Below are positions 31,453-41,825 of a stretch of 64,000 nucleotides of DNA, piece by piece; within the stretch, counting starts at the first letter, position 1; each line of letters starts with the position of its first letter. The DNA is from a virus: IMG/VR virus record IMGVR_UViG_3300028734_000012, positions 32,001-96,000 of that record. One strand, written 5' to 3'. The position numbers and the translations under genes were made by a program. Under the pieces are notes generated by a model, which saw nothing but the letters and a program-made list of their open reading frames with translations, did not search any database and was not told the origin of the DNA.

Positions 31453-31674
31453 TTATTCTTCAATAATGTTAAAAATCTTGCCATTTAATTGTTTTTCAAA
31501 GCCATATTGCTTAAATTTAACTTCTTTTTTGATTTTTTCTTGATTTTTTACGTCATAATCAATATAAAACGTATCATTATCTTCATTCAAAATTAAATAT
31601 TTTTTATCCATTTTTAATTCAATTCCAGTAACACCATCTGTAATATCTTCTGTGAACACCATATACTTATTCAT
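31453..31674 (-). CDS. hypothetical protein
   Basis: AAGGGGA SD. Confidence 0.65.
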   Translation of the reverse strand: MNKYMVFTEDITDGVTGIELKMDKKYLILNEDNDTFYIDYDVKNQEKIKKEVKFKQYGFEKQLNGKIFNIIEE

Positions 31675-31691
31675 GTAATCCCCTTATTGTT

Positions 31692-32354
31692 TTAATATAT
31701 TACTATTTTAATTTTATTAGAATTATCAACTATAGTTTCCTTTATGTCATTTACAGTTGATTTAGAGAATACACCAATATCTCCATAATTATCAATGTTA
31801 GGTATTCCACCATATCTATCTGTAAAAATCGCAGGTAATAATACAGCATTTAGATTTTCAAACTTATGTCTTACAGTGCTTTTAATATTACGATATTTGT
31901 TTGCATTGATAGAATCTTGATATACAAATACACCATATAATTTATTATTATATTTTATAGATATATCTATACCATCAAATATATCTGTTCTCAAATCGTA
32001 ACATACCTCGAACTCATCATATTTAAATAAGTTATATAAAAGTTCTACTTCTCTATTAAATGAATTATATGCTCTGCATATTCTTCCAAATATATCGTTT
32101 CTACTAAATAATACTTTACAATTATCTATGTTAAGATAACAATCTTTTAGTTTGTATTTACCATCAACACAATCAAAATATTTACATAAATATATTTCAC
32201 ATAAATATTCAACAGATGGTATCTTCATATTTTTAGTAAATAAAAAATAATATACATATGCTATTTCTGGTGCATGTATATTTTCAAATATAGAATTTTT
32301 TGCATCTCTGCCGCCAATGCTTCGATAAAATTTATTATAATTAATTGACTTCAT
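31692..32354 (-). CDS. putative PD-(D/E)XK restriction-like endonuclease
   Basis: R.Y.SF.RE...D...GID pattern. Confidence 0.45.
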   Translation of the reverse strand: MKSINYNKFYRSIGGRDAKNSIFENIHAPEIAYVYYFLFTKNMKIPSVEYLCEIYLCKYFDCVDGKYKLKDCYLNIDNCKVLFSRNDIFGRICRAYNSFNREVELLYNLFKYDEFEVCYDLRTDIFDGIDISIKYNNKLYGVFVYQDSINANKYRNIKSTVRHKFENLNAVLLPAIFTDRYGGIPNIDNYGDIGVFSKSTVNDIKETIVDNSNKIKIVIY

Positions 32355-32685
32355 TTCGTTATGTATATTTTCTATATTAACAGAATTTGCTTTACTTAAA
32401 ATCTCTACTTTATCATTAGCTATATTTGGATAATAAATAATATCTTTTGTTATTTTAATCTCTAAACCATTGGGTATATATGTAATGGTTTATTCAACTC
32501 CTTCAATGGTTATCGAAGTCCTACCAGTATCATATGCAGTAAATTGTGATATACTTGAAATCTGATAGATATGTCCATCCACTTCAATCTTAGAATTAAA
32601 TCCAAGTTGATGTGTTTCATATTTATCTATAATTTTATTAGCCGCACTAATCATTAACTTTTTCATATAATCCTCTTAACCAATT

Positions 32686-32928
32686 TTATTTTTTATAATT
32701 ACCTATAATTACTCCATCAATACATTTGTAATCTATAGCATCATTAATCTCTTTATTTAATCCGTATCTATCCTTATAGATATAATAATAGTTAGAATTA
32801 GGATTTTTATATAGCACAATTCCATTCTCGTCTAAAACACGCTTTGACTTTACCGCATGAATTACTATATTATATAAAATATCACAAGATGGATTTGGGT
32901 ACTGTATGTCACTAAAATTAATTTTCAT
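32686..32928 (-). CDS. hypothetical protein
   Basis: SD; minus-strand operon. Confidence 0.6.
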   Translation of the reverse strand: MKINFSDIQYPNPSCDILYNIVIHAVKSKRVLDENGIVLYKNPNSNYYYIYKDRYGLNKEINDAIDYKCIDGVIIGNYKK

Positions 32929-32960
32929 TTATTAGTCCCTTTCAATAATCATATTATAAT

Positions 32961-33179
32961 TTAACTCATTAAAAATCCTTTTGTTATTTTCATTTTCTCA
33001 AACTTATATCCTAAACATAAGCAACTACTTTTTATAAAAGAAATCCTATCGTTATAACAACTACTAGCAGTTACATTCCATAGACCCGTAATTACATCTT
33101 CTGGTGCATCACTAACATATGTACTTGTGCTATCCCAACCAAGAAAATCATCTACCATAGTAAATGAATAAATATTCAT
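32961..33179 (-). CDS. hypothetical protein
   Basis: AAGGGG SD. Confidence 0.6.
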   Translation of the reverse strand: MNIYSFTMVDDFLGWDSTSTYVSDAPEDVITGLWNVTASSCYNDRISFIKSSCLCLGYKFEKMKITKGFLMS

Positions 33180-33368
33180 ATTTATTTCCCCTTATATTTA
33201 ATTAAATAGTTTGACATCCAATCATATCCCTCACTATCAGAAATTGAATCCCAATCTTTTTCACAAAGTTGATTGCAATTACTACATTCTAAAATTTGAG
33301 TATCATCAATTTTATGTATAATTAATTTACTAAGTTCTAAATCAAAACCACAATATGGGCAGTCAATA

Positions 33369-33665
33369 TTATTTTACCACAACCCATTCAGTCACAGTTT
33401 TTTGTTTTGGAGTTACTTCATATGCTTCGTGAGATTGGTCTTCTAAATAATAACTATAGTCCTCATATCCACATCTTGAATAAGTTATATCAACTTGAAA
33501 ATACTTTCCAGAGGATGGTTGTATGTAAATTACTCCAACGAAAGCCCTATCTTCATTTAATTCTTTATCAAGTTCTTTTACAAATTCCCAAGTTTCTCCA
33601 TTAACAACTAACTTACTCTCATTATGGACTTGTTCGCAATTTTTATTTGTTAAATTAATTATCAT
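33369..33665 (-). CDS. hypothetical phage protein
   Basis: C-terminal EVTPKQKTVTEW. Confidence 0.7.
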   Translation of the reverse strand: MIINLTNKNCEQVHNESKLVVNGETWEFVKELDKELNEDRAFVGVIYIQPSSGKYFQVDITYSRCGYEDYSYYLEDQSHEAYEVTPKQKTVTEWVVVK

Positions 33666-33667
33666 CC

Positions 33668-33904
33668 TTATTCTTCCTCTTCTAATTTAAACCCATATTT
33701 AAAATCACCCACGACTACGTTACATCCAAAAAGCTCTATACAATATCCCAACTTATCCATTTCTTTAGTTGTTGAAATATGTACACATAAATCTTTGTTT
33801 AATATTTTAGCAGTTTCAGAACCAACAATAACAATTGGAGATTTATTATTATCATCTGAATATTTTGTTATATTGCTTAACATAAATTTATCAAAAGAAT
33901 CCAT
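33668..33904 (-). CDS. hypothetical protein
   Basis: Minus-strand operon. Confidence 0.6.
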   Translation of the reverse strand: MDSFDKFMLSNITKYSDDNNKSPIVIVGSETAKILNKDLCVHISTTKEMDKLGYCIELFGCNVVVGDFKYGFKLEEEE

Positions 33905-34195
33905 TTATTCACACTCACTATTATTTATTTCTTCTACAATAACATAATTACCCTTTAAAAGATATGGAGCAAATAATATTTTTTTTCTTCCATCCAGAGA
34001 CATCATATCTTTTATTTCTGTTCCATCCTCACGACACCATACAAAGATATGGTCAGAATACTTCATACATAAACTAAAATTATTAATTCTACATATTTTA
34101 TTATTATATTCCATTTCTATTGCGGCTTCAAATACCGTCATTATATTATCCCTTTCAACAGGTAATTTCAGTATCTTTATTAAGAGGTGCATCAC
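33905..34195 (-). CDS. hypothetical protein
   Basis: SD favours MTVFEAA start. Confidence 0.6.
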   Translation of the reverse strand: MMHLLIKILKLPVERDNIMTVFEAAIEMEYNNKICRINNFSLCMKYSDHIFVWCREDGTEIKDMMSLDGRKKILFAPYLLKGNYVIVEEINNSECE

Positions 34196-34430
34196 TTACC
34201 TTATAAGGTGGCTCAATGCCACGAAAGTTATAAGGTGGGTTATATTTATTAGGAATTGGATATGTACACCCATGAATACTTCCATCTTGAACTCCTGCTT
34301 CATATGCTTTATTTATAATCTCTCTAAATTCTTCTTTAGAAATAGATACCTTACCATTATCTGAAACTGATTCTAAAATTATAATTGGCTTCATATTATA
34401 TATCCTTTCTAAAAGTGAATTTATCCCCAA
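34155..34430 (-). CDS. hypothetical protein
   Basis: SD favours MKPIIIL start. Confidence 0.6.
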   Translation of the reverse strand: MGINSLLERIYNMKPIIILESVSDNGKVSISKEEFREIINKAYEAGVQDGSIHGCTYPIPNKYNPPYNFRGIEPPYKVSDAPLNKDTEITC

Positions 34431-34809
34431 ATTGTTCGCGTAATTTTTCTAAAAATGCTTGATAATCTTTATCGCTTAACTTAATATTTGGAATTTCTTT
34501 TTTTAAACAACCTTGATTTTCACATAACATCTTAATATCATTTTCTAATTGTCTAATCTTTTCATTTAAGACTTTAATTGCTTCTTCATTTGTTTCTCTT
34601 TTACTTTTATCAATAGAAAGCAAATCCTCTATAAAGCCCTCGAGCGCGTTTTCATGTTTTTTCATACTTACTACTCTACCTTGTAAATCATCAATTATCT
34701 CTACTAATTCATTATTGTTGCTTATTACTTGTTGCAATAAATAACTATCTCCATCATACCGCCCACTACTTATTTTACTAATATTGTGCATTAATATTCT
34801 CCTTATCAT
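34396..34809 (-). CDS. coiled-coil hypothetical protein
   Basis: Heptad-rich ORF. Confidence 0.6.
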   Translation of the reverse strand: MIRRILMHNISKISSGRYDGDSYLLQQVISNNNELVEIIDDLQGRVVSMKKHENALEGFIEDLLSIDKSKRETNEEAIKVLNEKIRQLENDIKMLCENQGCLKKEIPNIKLSDKDYQAFLEKLREQFGDKFTFRKDI

Positions 34810-34821
34810 TCTAAAAATTAT

Positions 34822-35169
34822 TTACTTCATCTTTTGACCGCAAGACCTACAAAACTTATCATCTTTACTTACTCTACTATCACATCTTGGACACCAATAA
34901 TAATTTCTTCCTTCGATTGGTTCTAATCTAACATGTTTTACATCGTTTATTGAATTACCTTTATATACTAGACCACTTGCTGTGCTTATTCTGAACTGAC
35001 CGCTTTCAAAATCCATACCTATATCAACACCTATAACTCCAATCGATGCCCTAGCGCCTACGGATGGCTCTGCAAGGTTAACTAAAACGGGAATATCCTC
35101 TGGACTTTGATAAGTTCTTAAATGCTGTATTTCAAAATCTACTGAATGTTTTAACTCTAAAAGATTCAC
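34822..35169 (-). CDS. Zn-ribbon phage protein
   Basis: CPRC...FCRSCGQK; minus-strand promoter at about 35222-35251. Confidence 0.7.
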   Translation of the reverse strand: MNLLELKHSVDFEIQHLRTYQSPEDIPVLVNLAEPSVGARASIGVIGVDIGMDFESGQFRISTASGLVYKGNSINDVKHVRLEPIEGRNYYWCPRCDSRVSKDDKFCRSCGQKMK

Positions 35170-35375
35170 TTTAACATTCTCCTTTATTTATTATATATTA
35201 AAATACTTTACTTCCTATATATATTATAGTATAATCCATGATGTTTGTCAAGTAATTAAATAAAATAATTAAAATATATTTTCCCCTATTTCATTTTTAA
35301 TCAAATATTTAAATAAACTATATTTTATATGAATTAAATAAATACTTAAAATTTCTATTATATAAACATTGGATT

Positions 35376-35528
35376 AAAATACAAGTCATTTCATTTTAAC
35401 CTATATATTGCAACTTATGCTATATTATATATGATGATATCAACGTTTTTATACCCTAAAAATACAAGTCATTTCATTTATTTTTTTAATGCTATTTAGT
35501 CCATATCTATACTGGACTAAATAGCATT
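35376..35528. repeat. two 21-bp direct repeats plus a 16-bp inverted repeat
   Basis: AAAATACAAGTCATTTCATTT at 35376 and 35459; AATGCTATTTAGTCCA-9-TGGACTAAATAGCATT at 35488-35528. Confidence 0.8.
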
Positions 35529-35576
35529 TTCAATATGTCTATCCCTCTCTTCTCTATACCTCGTAATTTTCGTATT

Positions 35577-36440
35577 TTAAAATTCACCGAGTATCTCTAC
35601 TTTATTCCACTTAGAACCCGCATAAAATACATTTGGATTAATAAACATTTTGTATTCTCTTTTATCTTTATTATTAGAGACAAAACTTATTATATGTTTA
35701 TTTGTGCCAGTATTTATATTACATAAAATTTCATATAATCTATTTGAATTTTCTTTATTATAATGTAATAACTCGCACAAGTCTCCTAGATTTATTTTTT
35801 TAATTTTTTTCAATTCCGTTTCCATTGGGTTAATGCAAAGGATATTATAATCAATATTTATATATGGAACTAGCTTAAATAAATATCCTAATTGTTTATG
35901 AGATTTCACTTCGAATTGTTTATACAATAATCTGATTGTATTTACATACATACGGGTTACGTCGTTATTGTTTATGATAAGTTGGTCTAAATCCCCTTTG
36001 ATAAAATAACTACTATTTAAATAAATCCTTTTCTCTTCTTTTTCAGTCATAATTTCACACTCTATCATTCTCTTGTAGAAAAGTTTATACGTATTCTCTT
36101 TCAATTCTAATATAGAGTTTAAGTTATCCTTATTAATATACTTACCATTATCAAATTTTAGATACCCGTCGTATGAAATGTAAGTAGATATAATAAATAA
36201 TTTAGTTATATCAGACAATTGTAACTCTGGAAATAGTTCTTCTGTATAGTTAAATAAAACCCATATAAAACTCCCCATTCCTTTATTAGAATTTTTAATA
36301 GCTATTGACCTAATATCTTTCTCTTCTTGCTTTAGGCGATAATTTTTATTCCTTTCCAGTTGCTTGTTAGTAATGAATACCCCATCTTCCGCAACTTCGC
36401 CAGTATTCTTGTAAATCATAATTGCTTCTCTGTTACTCAT
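35577..36440 (-). CDS. RepL-like / winged-helix DNA-binding protein
   Basis: Two IYLNSSYF/MFINPNVFYAG-type wing motifs as in Firmicute RepL-like proteins; own promoter. Confidence 0.5.
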   Translation of the reverse strand: MSNREAIMIYKNTGEVAEDGVFITNKQLERNKNYRLKQEEKDIRSIAIKNSNKGMGSFIWVLFNYTEELFPELQLSDITKLFIISTYISYDGYLKFDNGKYINKDNLNSILELKENTYKLFYKRMIECEIMTEKEEKRIYLNSSYFIKGDLDQLIINNNDVTRMYVNTIRLLYKQFEVKSHKQLGYLFKLVPYINIDYNILCINPMETELKKIKKINLGDLCELLHYNKENSNRLYEILCNINTGTNKHIISFVSNNKDKREYKMFINPNVFYAGSKWNKVEILGEF

Positions 36441-36692
36441 TTTCCATCTCCTTCAAAATATTATAGATAGTATTTATCTATCTATATAGTATTATAGTAT
36501 AATTATAATCAAAAGTCAAGGGATATAAAATCATTATATATTAATTGTATTTTTATTTATTAATATGTAAAGGAAAATCACTTGACTTTCACCGTGAATT
36601 ATACTATAATATAGTTGTAGGGATGGCTTACAAAATAAATTAGAAAGGAGATGAATTTTGTGTTTTACTTTAAGTAACGCTCAAAAAAATAT

Positions 36693-37157
36693 ATGAACAA
36701 CAAATTAAAAATTTTTATTCAATTTCAAGACAGTAATGATTTAACTAATATTCTAAAACTCAATGAAAATATAAGTGACTTTACTTCTTCTAAATTATTA
36801 TCTAGTAAAATATTAAACAAGTTTGATATTTATTCTTACATAATAGGAGAATCAGAAGCCTATAAGTATTTTATTAAGAAACAATATAGTTGGTTAAAGA
36901 ATACTATATTTACAAGCAAAATAGATGAAGATAACAATATTAATACAGATTTACTAAATTACGAACAACTCAATGTACTAATTACTATAGATAGTAAAAA
37001 TGATTCTAATAAATATACGTTATACGATGATATTATTATAATCGATGGTCAAATTTTAAACGCAACTAATCCGAGAGAAGAAGTAAACAAATATTATTAT
37101 AATAGTTTTAATGAAATCTATCAACATTTAGACTATATGTATTGTTTAGAAAAATAA
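36693..37157 (+). CDS. hypothetical protein
   Basis: After promoter 36582; the true start may be an upstream TTG following an AGGAG SD. Confidence 0.6.
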   Translation: MNNKLKIFIQFQDSNDLTNILKLNENISDFTSSKLLSSKILNKFDIYSYIIGESEAYKYFIKKQYSWLKNTIFTSKIDEDNNINTDLLNYEQLNVLITIDSKNDSNKYTLYDDIIIIDGQILNATNPREEVNKYYYNSFNEIYQHLDYMYCLEK

Positions 37158-37169
37158 GGAGCAACACTA

Positions 37170-37415
37170 ATGCCGTGTGATAAGTTAAATGGATATCCAA
37201 TGTTTCCAGATGGCAGAAAATTTTGTACAGATACTATACCCCAAGGTTTAGAAGCGGGTAATCTATACAACATTGTTTGTAAATGTGATAATAAACCAGA
37301 TGGATGTGTACAACAACTATTTGTATTTACAGATGCCGTAGAAGCTGTTAGAGATAATTTTTGGGGTAAGAGTTGTAAGGCTAATAATATTACAATAACA
37401 GTAAGTAAAATTTAA
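37170..37415 (+). CDS. hypothetical protein
   Basis: AAGGAG SD. Confidence 0.65.
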   Translation: MPCDKLNGYPMFPDGRKFCTDTIPQGLEAGNLYNIVCKCDNKPDGCVQQLFVFTDAVEAVRDNFWGKSCKANNITITVSKI

Positions 37416-37433
37416 CAAGGAGTAAATAAAATA

Positions 37434-37625
37434 ATGAAGCATAGCTGTAAAAAATGTTCATCCCGTTGTAATTATTATCCTTATGCTTATGAGGATGTCA
37501 CAAACGAATATATTGATGTAGATGGATTAAAACACCGTGACGGTACGTTACGTTGTAGATATGATAACCATAAGATTACTAAGTTTGTAGTTTGTAAAAA
37601 TTATTTAGATTTTACAAAGGAGTAA
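37434..37625 (+). CDS. small Cys-rich protein
   Basis: AAGGAG SD. Confidence 0.65.
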   Translation: MKHSCKKCSSRCNYYPYAYEDVTNEYIDVDGLKHRDGTLRCRYDNHKITKFVVCKNYLDFTKE

Positions 37626-37629
37626 AATA

Positions 37630-37818
37630 ATGAAATATATCCATAATCCACAAGTTGATTATGTGCTTAGATTCAAAAATAAAGATTGTTCATATTGGTC
37701 TGAACTAGCATTAATAGATATCAGTAAAATGTTTGAATGTTACAATGGATATAAAGAAAGATATGATTATGTTTATGTAATAAAAAGAACTACTACAGAG
37801 GAATTAATTAAGATGTAA
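37630..37818 (+). CDS. hypothetical protein
   Basis: AAGGAG SD. Confidence 0.6.
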   Translation: MKYIHNPQVDYVLRFKNKDCSYWSELALIDISKMFECYNGYKERYDYVYVIKRTTTEELIKM

Positions 37819-37883
37819 CGGTTAATAAGGTAATATAATATAGCAAGGGGCGATGTCATCTGTCAGTAAATAGACAATTCTAT

Positions 37884-40661
37884 GTGATGAAGTTCTTTTC
37901 TTCTAAATTGAAAAGCGATGGATATAATTTAAATATTTCTTTTTCAGAAGCTAAAGAAACAAAAGAAATTGTTGCATTAGCAGATAACCAAATATTAAGA
38001 AGTATCAGAGATATTTGTAAATATCCTGTTGACTTAGAAGATGTTGAAACTTTATATCAGAGAAGAGATATGTTAAAGAAATTATCTGGTAATAATTCTA
38101 AGGAAATACAAGAGTTACAAGACCAAATTAACCACTTAATGTTTATTCCAGAATACATAACCGTTATTATGGAACACCCAAAACATTACGAGCATATATA
38201 TAGAAACGGCATTATAATTAATGGTATAAAATATAAAAGATTAAGCTGTTCAGCAGGACAAGCTAGAATTTCAACAGTAGCATTATGTAGCGAAGAAATT
38301 ATAGATGAACTAAGAGAGAGATTAGATAACGGCAGAGATAAAGCCATTCCTTTAGCGCCAAGTAAGTATAACGCTTATTTTGGACTATCTGGCTCTGCTA
38401 CATTTAAAGTAAGTGAACCTAATTTTATAGTTGTTAAAGATTATAATAATCTCGCTAAATTCATGACAAACTTTGTTACAGAAACAGCATGGGATAAAGA
38501 TGATACGATTGAGCAAAAGGAAATAGAATTAGAGATGAATAGAACTGACGGGTTAGGTCTAATCAGTCCTAGACAGGCTCAAATTTGGGCTAACGATATG
38601 GAACTAGATTATATACCATCACAGTTTATCATTCGTCAAAGCTTTCTTAAAGGCTTACTATGTACATTTGATATCCATGAATTTTGCAAAGAGAAAAACA
38701 ATAATAACTACATCGTAGATACAGTATATAAAGATAGTAGTGGCAATTACATAAAAGCAGACCTTAGAGAATACGATGTTATCATTAGCGAATCTCAATT
38801 CAAACTATGGAATGCATACCCTAATATAGAGACTTATATCGATAACTACCATAAGAATAAATTATTTTGGGGTGTGGCTCAATATTCTCCAAACCAAGCA
38901 AAGGATATATTAAAATTAAATTATCAATTTATACAAACTCTTAATTTAAATGATGAGGATGTAGAAGTATTATCTAAACAATTTGTAGAATGGATAAATG
39001 GTATTACATACAAGAATATACCATACGCACTCTTATTTCTTTTAGGAACTAATAATACTGAATTGAACATTCAAACGTATTTACAAAAAAGTGATACATA
39101 TTGGATTAAAGCTTTAATTCTAAATCCAGAGTTAATACACGATAGATATATTACTTCTAAAATATATAATCTAATTAAGGTTAAAATACAAAATGGATGT
39201 TTAGGAAATGTTATCGTAGATGGTAATTTTCAATATTTAGTTTCAGACCCATATGGATTTATGCAAGCAGTATGTGGTCAAGAAGTCACAGGCTTATTAA
39301 AGGAAGGTGAATTTTACTCTAACTACTGGAATGATAAAGATATTAAACAAGTAGATTCTATGAGAAGCCCACTTACATATAGAAGCGAACATATTATACT
39401 TAATCTTAGAAACGATAAAGAGTTAAAGAAATGGTATAAATATTGTGATTTAGGAATAATCGTAAACTATCATGGTCATGAAGTTTGCAATTGGGGCGGC
39501 GCTGATTTTGATGGAGATATTTGTGCAACAACAAGCAATAAAGTAATGATTAAAGGTGTATTCAAAAATGAACTCACTGTTTCATATGACCCACCAAAAC
39601 CTAATAAGATAGTATTTACAGAAGATGATTTATACTACGCAGACTTGTTCTCATTTGGCTCTATCATCGGTTCTATCACTAATAAAGGCAGTATTGCATA
39701 TACTATGTTGCCAGTAATAGAAGAGGAATATGGTAGGGACAGCGAAGAAGTTAAATTGATTATATCAAGATTACAACAATGTTGTAAAGCACAATCTGCT
39801 CAAATAGATAAGGCAAAGATAGGTAGAGAGGTAAAAGGTATCCCCGATGATTGGATTAAATATAAAGTTCCGTCTATTGATTCAAATGGGGAAGTGTTAA
39901 ATACTGATGAAGAGTTAGATTTAATTCAAATCCATAATCATACTCTACTAACTAAAAAACCTTATTTCTTTAAATATTTGTATGACGATACAAAAAGAAC
40001 ATATAGCAATTATATAAATACTGTAAATATGAACTGTAAAAATAAATTCTTTATGACAACAAATGAATTAGAAAATCTTAAAAGACAAACAATTGAGCAA
40101 AAAGAATTTATAGAAAACTATTATCGTTATATGCCAGTTACTATTAGTGATAGTCCAATGAATGTATTATGTAGATATATTGAATCAATTAACTTTGATA
40201 TAAAAGCTAAGTTAAAAACAGATGGTAACAATAATATATATAAGCTATATTTAAATAATAAATTTGAATTTAATCAAGATTTATACAATAAAGTAATACA
40301 AGTAATTGATGATTCATTAAAATCTGCAAGATACATATGGGCTAGTGCAAAAAATAATAAGAAAGATTATAATAACGAAGAGAAGGAGACTACCCCATAT
40401 CCATTATATGCTGAAATATTAGGTAGTAAACTGAACGAATTAAATAGTAATATATATGAATTAACAAATTATGTTGTAAAATATTTTTATGAGTATAAAC
40501 CGTCATCTAATAAGGATATATTATGGTCTGTATATGGTAAATATATCTATCATAATTTAAAGCAAAAAAATAATAATATTTGTTACTTCCCATTTCCAGA
40601 TGATAATGGAGACATTATTTATTTAGGTAAGAAATATAGTCTAAGAGAGGTGACGTTATGA
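37884..40661 (+). CDS. yonO: YonO-like single-subunit two-barrel RNA polymerase
   Basis: GGADFDGD catalytic motif; TDG.G.IS, RSP and Q.AQIDKAK motifs; SPbeta-like context; start may be CTG near 37860. Confidence 0.85.
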   Translation: MMKFFSSKLKSDGYNLNISFSEAKETKEIVALADNQILRSIRDICKYPVDLEDVETLYQRRDMLKKLSGNNSKEIQELQDQINHLMFIPEYITVIMEHPKHYEHIYRNGIIINGIKYKRLSCSAGQARISTVALCSEEIIDELRERLDNGRDKAIPLAPSKYNAYFGLSGSATFKVSEPNFIVVKDYNNLAKFMTNFVTETAWDKDDTIEQKEIELEMNRTDGLGLISPRQAQIWANDMELDYIPSQFIIRQSFLKGLLCTFDIHEFCKEKNNNNYIVDTVYKDSSGNYIKADLREYDVIISESQFKLWNAYPNIETYIDNYHKNKLFWGVAQYSPNQAKDILKLNYQFIQTLNLNDEDVEVLSKQFVEWINGITYKNIPYALLFLLGTNNTELNIQTYLQKSDTYWIKALILNPELIHDRYITSKIYNLIKVKIQNGCLGNVIVDGNFQYLVSDPYGFMQAVCGQEVTGLLKEGEFYSNYWNDKDIKQVDSMRSPLTYRSEHIILNLRNDKELKKWYKYCDLGIIVNYHGHEVCNWGGADFDGDICATTSNKVMIKGVFKNELTVSYDPPKPNKIVFTEDDLYYADLFSFGSIIGSITNKGSIAYTMLPVIEEEYGRDSEEVKLIISRLQQCCKAQSAQIDKAKIGREVKGIPDDWIKYKVPSIDSNGEVLNTDEELDLIQIHNHTLLTKKPYFFKYLYDDTKRTYSNYINTVNMNCKNKFFMTTNELENLKRQTIEQKEFIENYYRYMPVTISDSPMNVLCRYIESINFDIKAKLKTDGNNNIYKLYLNNKFEFNQDLYNKVIQVIDDSLKSARYIWASAKNNKKDYNNEEKETTPYPLYAEILGSKLNELNSNIYELTNYVVKYFYEYKPSSNKDILWSVYGKYIYHNLKQKNNNICYFPFPDDNGDIIYLGKKYSLREVTL

Positions 40662-41452
40662 TTGATATAAACCATCAAACAGAATATACTAAATATGTAT
40701 TAGAAAATGGATTTCAAAGTGATAATATTCTTATGGAATTAAAATTACTTGCTGTTTATATGAGGGATGTATTATTATACAAGCCGAAGAAACGCAAAGA
40801 AGAATTAATCAGATTTTGTAGAGAGAATTATAACGATTTTAAAGAACGCAGAGATTATTGGTTAATTAAAAAGTCACTAGGATATTCTACTAACAAAAAA
40901 AACAAATTGATTGACTTCTATGATATTAATTTATATAACAATGAAATGAAATTTATTTCTGGTCAAAATATATCAGATGATGCAAAAAGATTGTTGACGA
41001 CTTTATTAATTGAACATAAGAAAAGTGAATATCGATATAGTATCTTTCATGATGATAAATATATGTCTAACTTGTGCGGTGGTAATTCTACTAAGTATAG
41101 TTATTATAAAAAGATTAGCCATATATCAAATTCACAAGATATAAATTATCTAATTGGAGATATTGGTAATGATATTACTTTGATTGATAAAGATGCTACA
41201 CACGGATTATTCAAGATAACATTTATAAATCAAATTGTAGAACATGATACTCTATGGATGAATGTCACTGACTTTGAAAATTTAGGTTGGTATTATGATT
41301 TATACATAGATAATAAAAAAGTTGGTATTTGTAAGCAATGTGAAAAGTTATTTAAACAAACTGGTAAATATCAATTGTATTGTAAAGAATGTGCTGTTAA
41401 TATAGATAGGATTAAAGCAAGAGAAAGAATGCAAAATCTTAGAAATAAATAA
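40658..41452 (+). CDS. hypothetical protein with C-terminal Zn finger, coupled to RNAP gene
   Basis: CKQC...YCKEC; ATGA overlap. Confidence 0.75.
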   Translation: MIDINHQTEYTKYVLENGFQSDNILMELKLLAVYMRDVLLYKPKKRKEELIRFCRENYNDFKERRDYWLIKKSLGYSTNKKNKLIDFYDINLYNNEMKFISGQNISDDAKRLLTTLLIEHKKSEYRYSIFHDDKYMSNLCGGNSTKYSYYKKISHISNSQDINYLIGDIGNDITLIDKDATHGLFKITFINQIVEHDTLWMNVTDFENLGWYYDLYIDNKKVGICKQCEKLFKQTGKYQLYCKECAVNIDRIKARERMQNLRNK

Positions 41453-41825
41453 TATGTTCGATTCTTAAACTTACATAAAACCTATATTATGATTGAAAAA
41501 TTAGGTGTTGAAATTCTACCAATTACATGATAGAGAAGGGTAAATAAAATCGAGTGACTTAATCGTTACTCGATTTTTCTTTGTCAAAAATAAATTATAA
41601 AAGGATTGAATACTAATTGAAGTATGTCACTAAAAGCGAGTTTGAGTTGCTACAAAAGGCAGGATTATTAATAGCGGATAAAAACAATAAAAATTTTAAT
41701 ATTACTAGCCAGAAAAAGAAAGCCCCTAGAGGGAAACACTATGTCGAGGAAACTAAAAAGATAATGGAGTTCCTAAAAAATCTTAATAAGTAAAAGAAAA
41801 TAAATTATAAAAGGATGATAATATT

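Noticed and set aside
35208-35251. Firmicute dif site (ACTTCCTA..ATATATTAT)
   Set aside because: Better explained as a minus-strand sigmaA promoter; the right arm does not match
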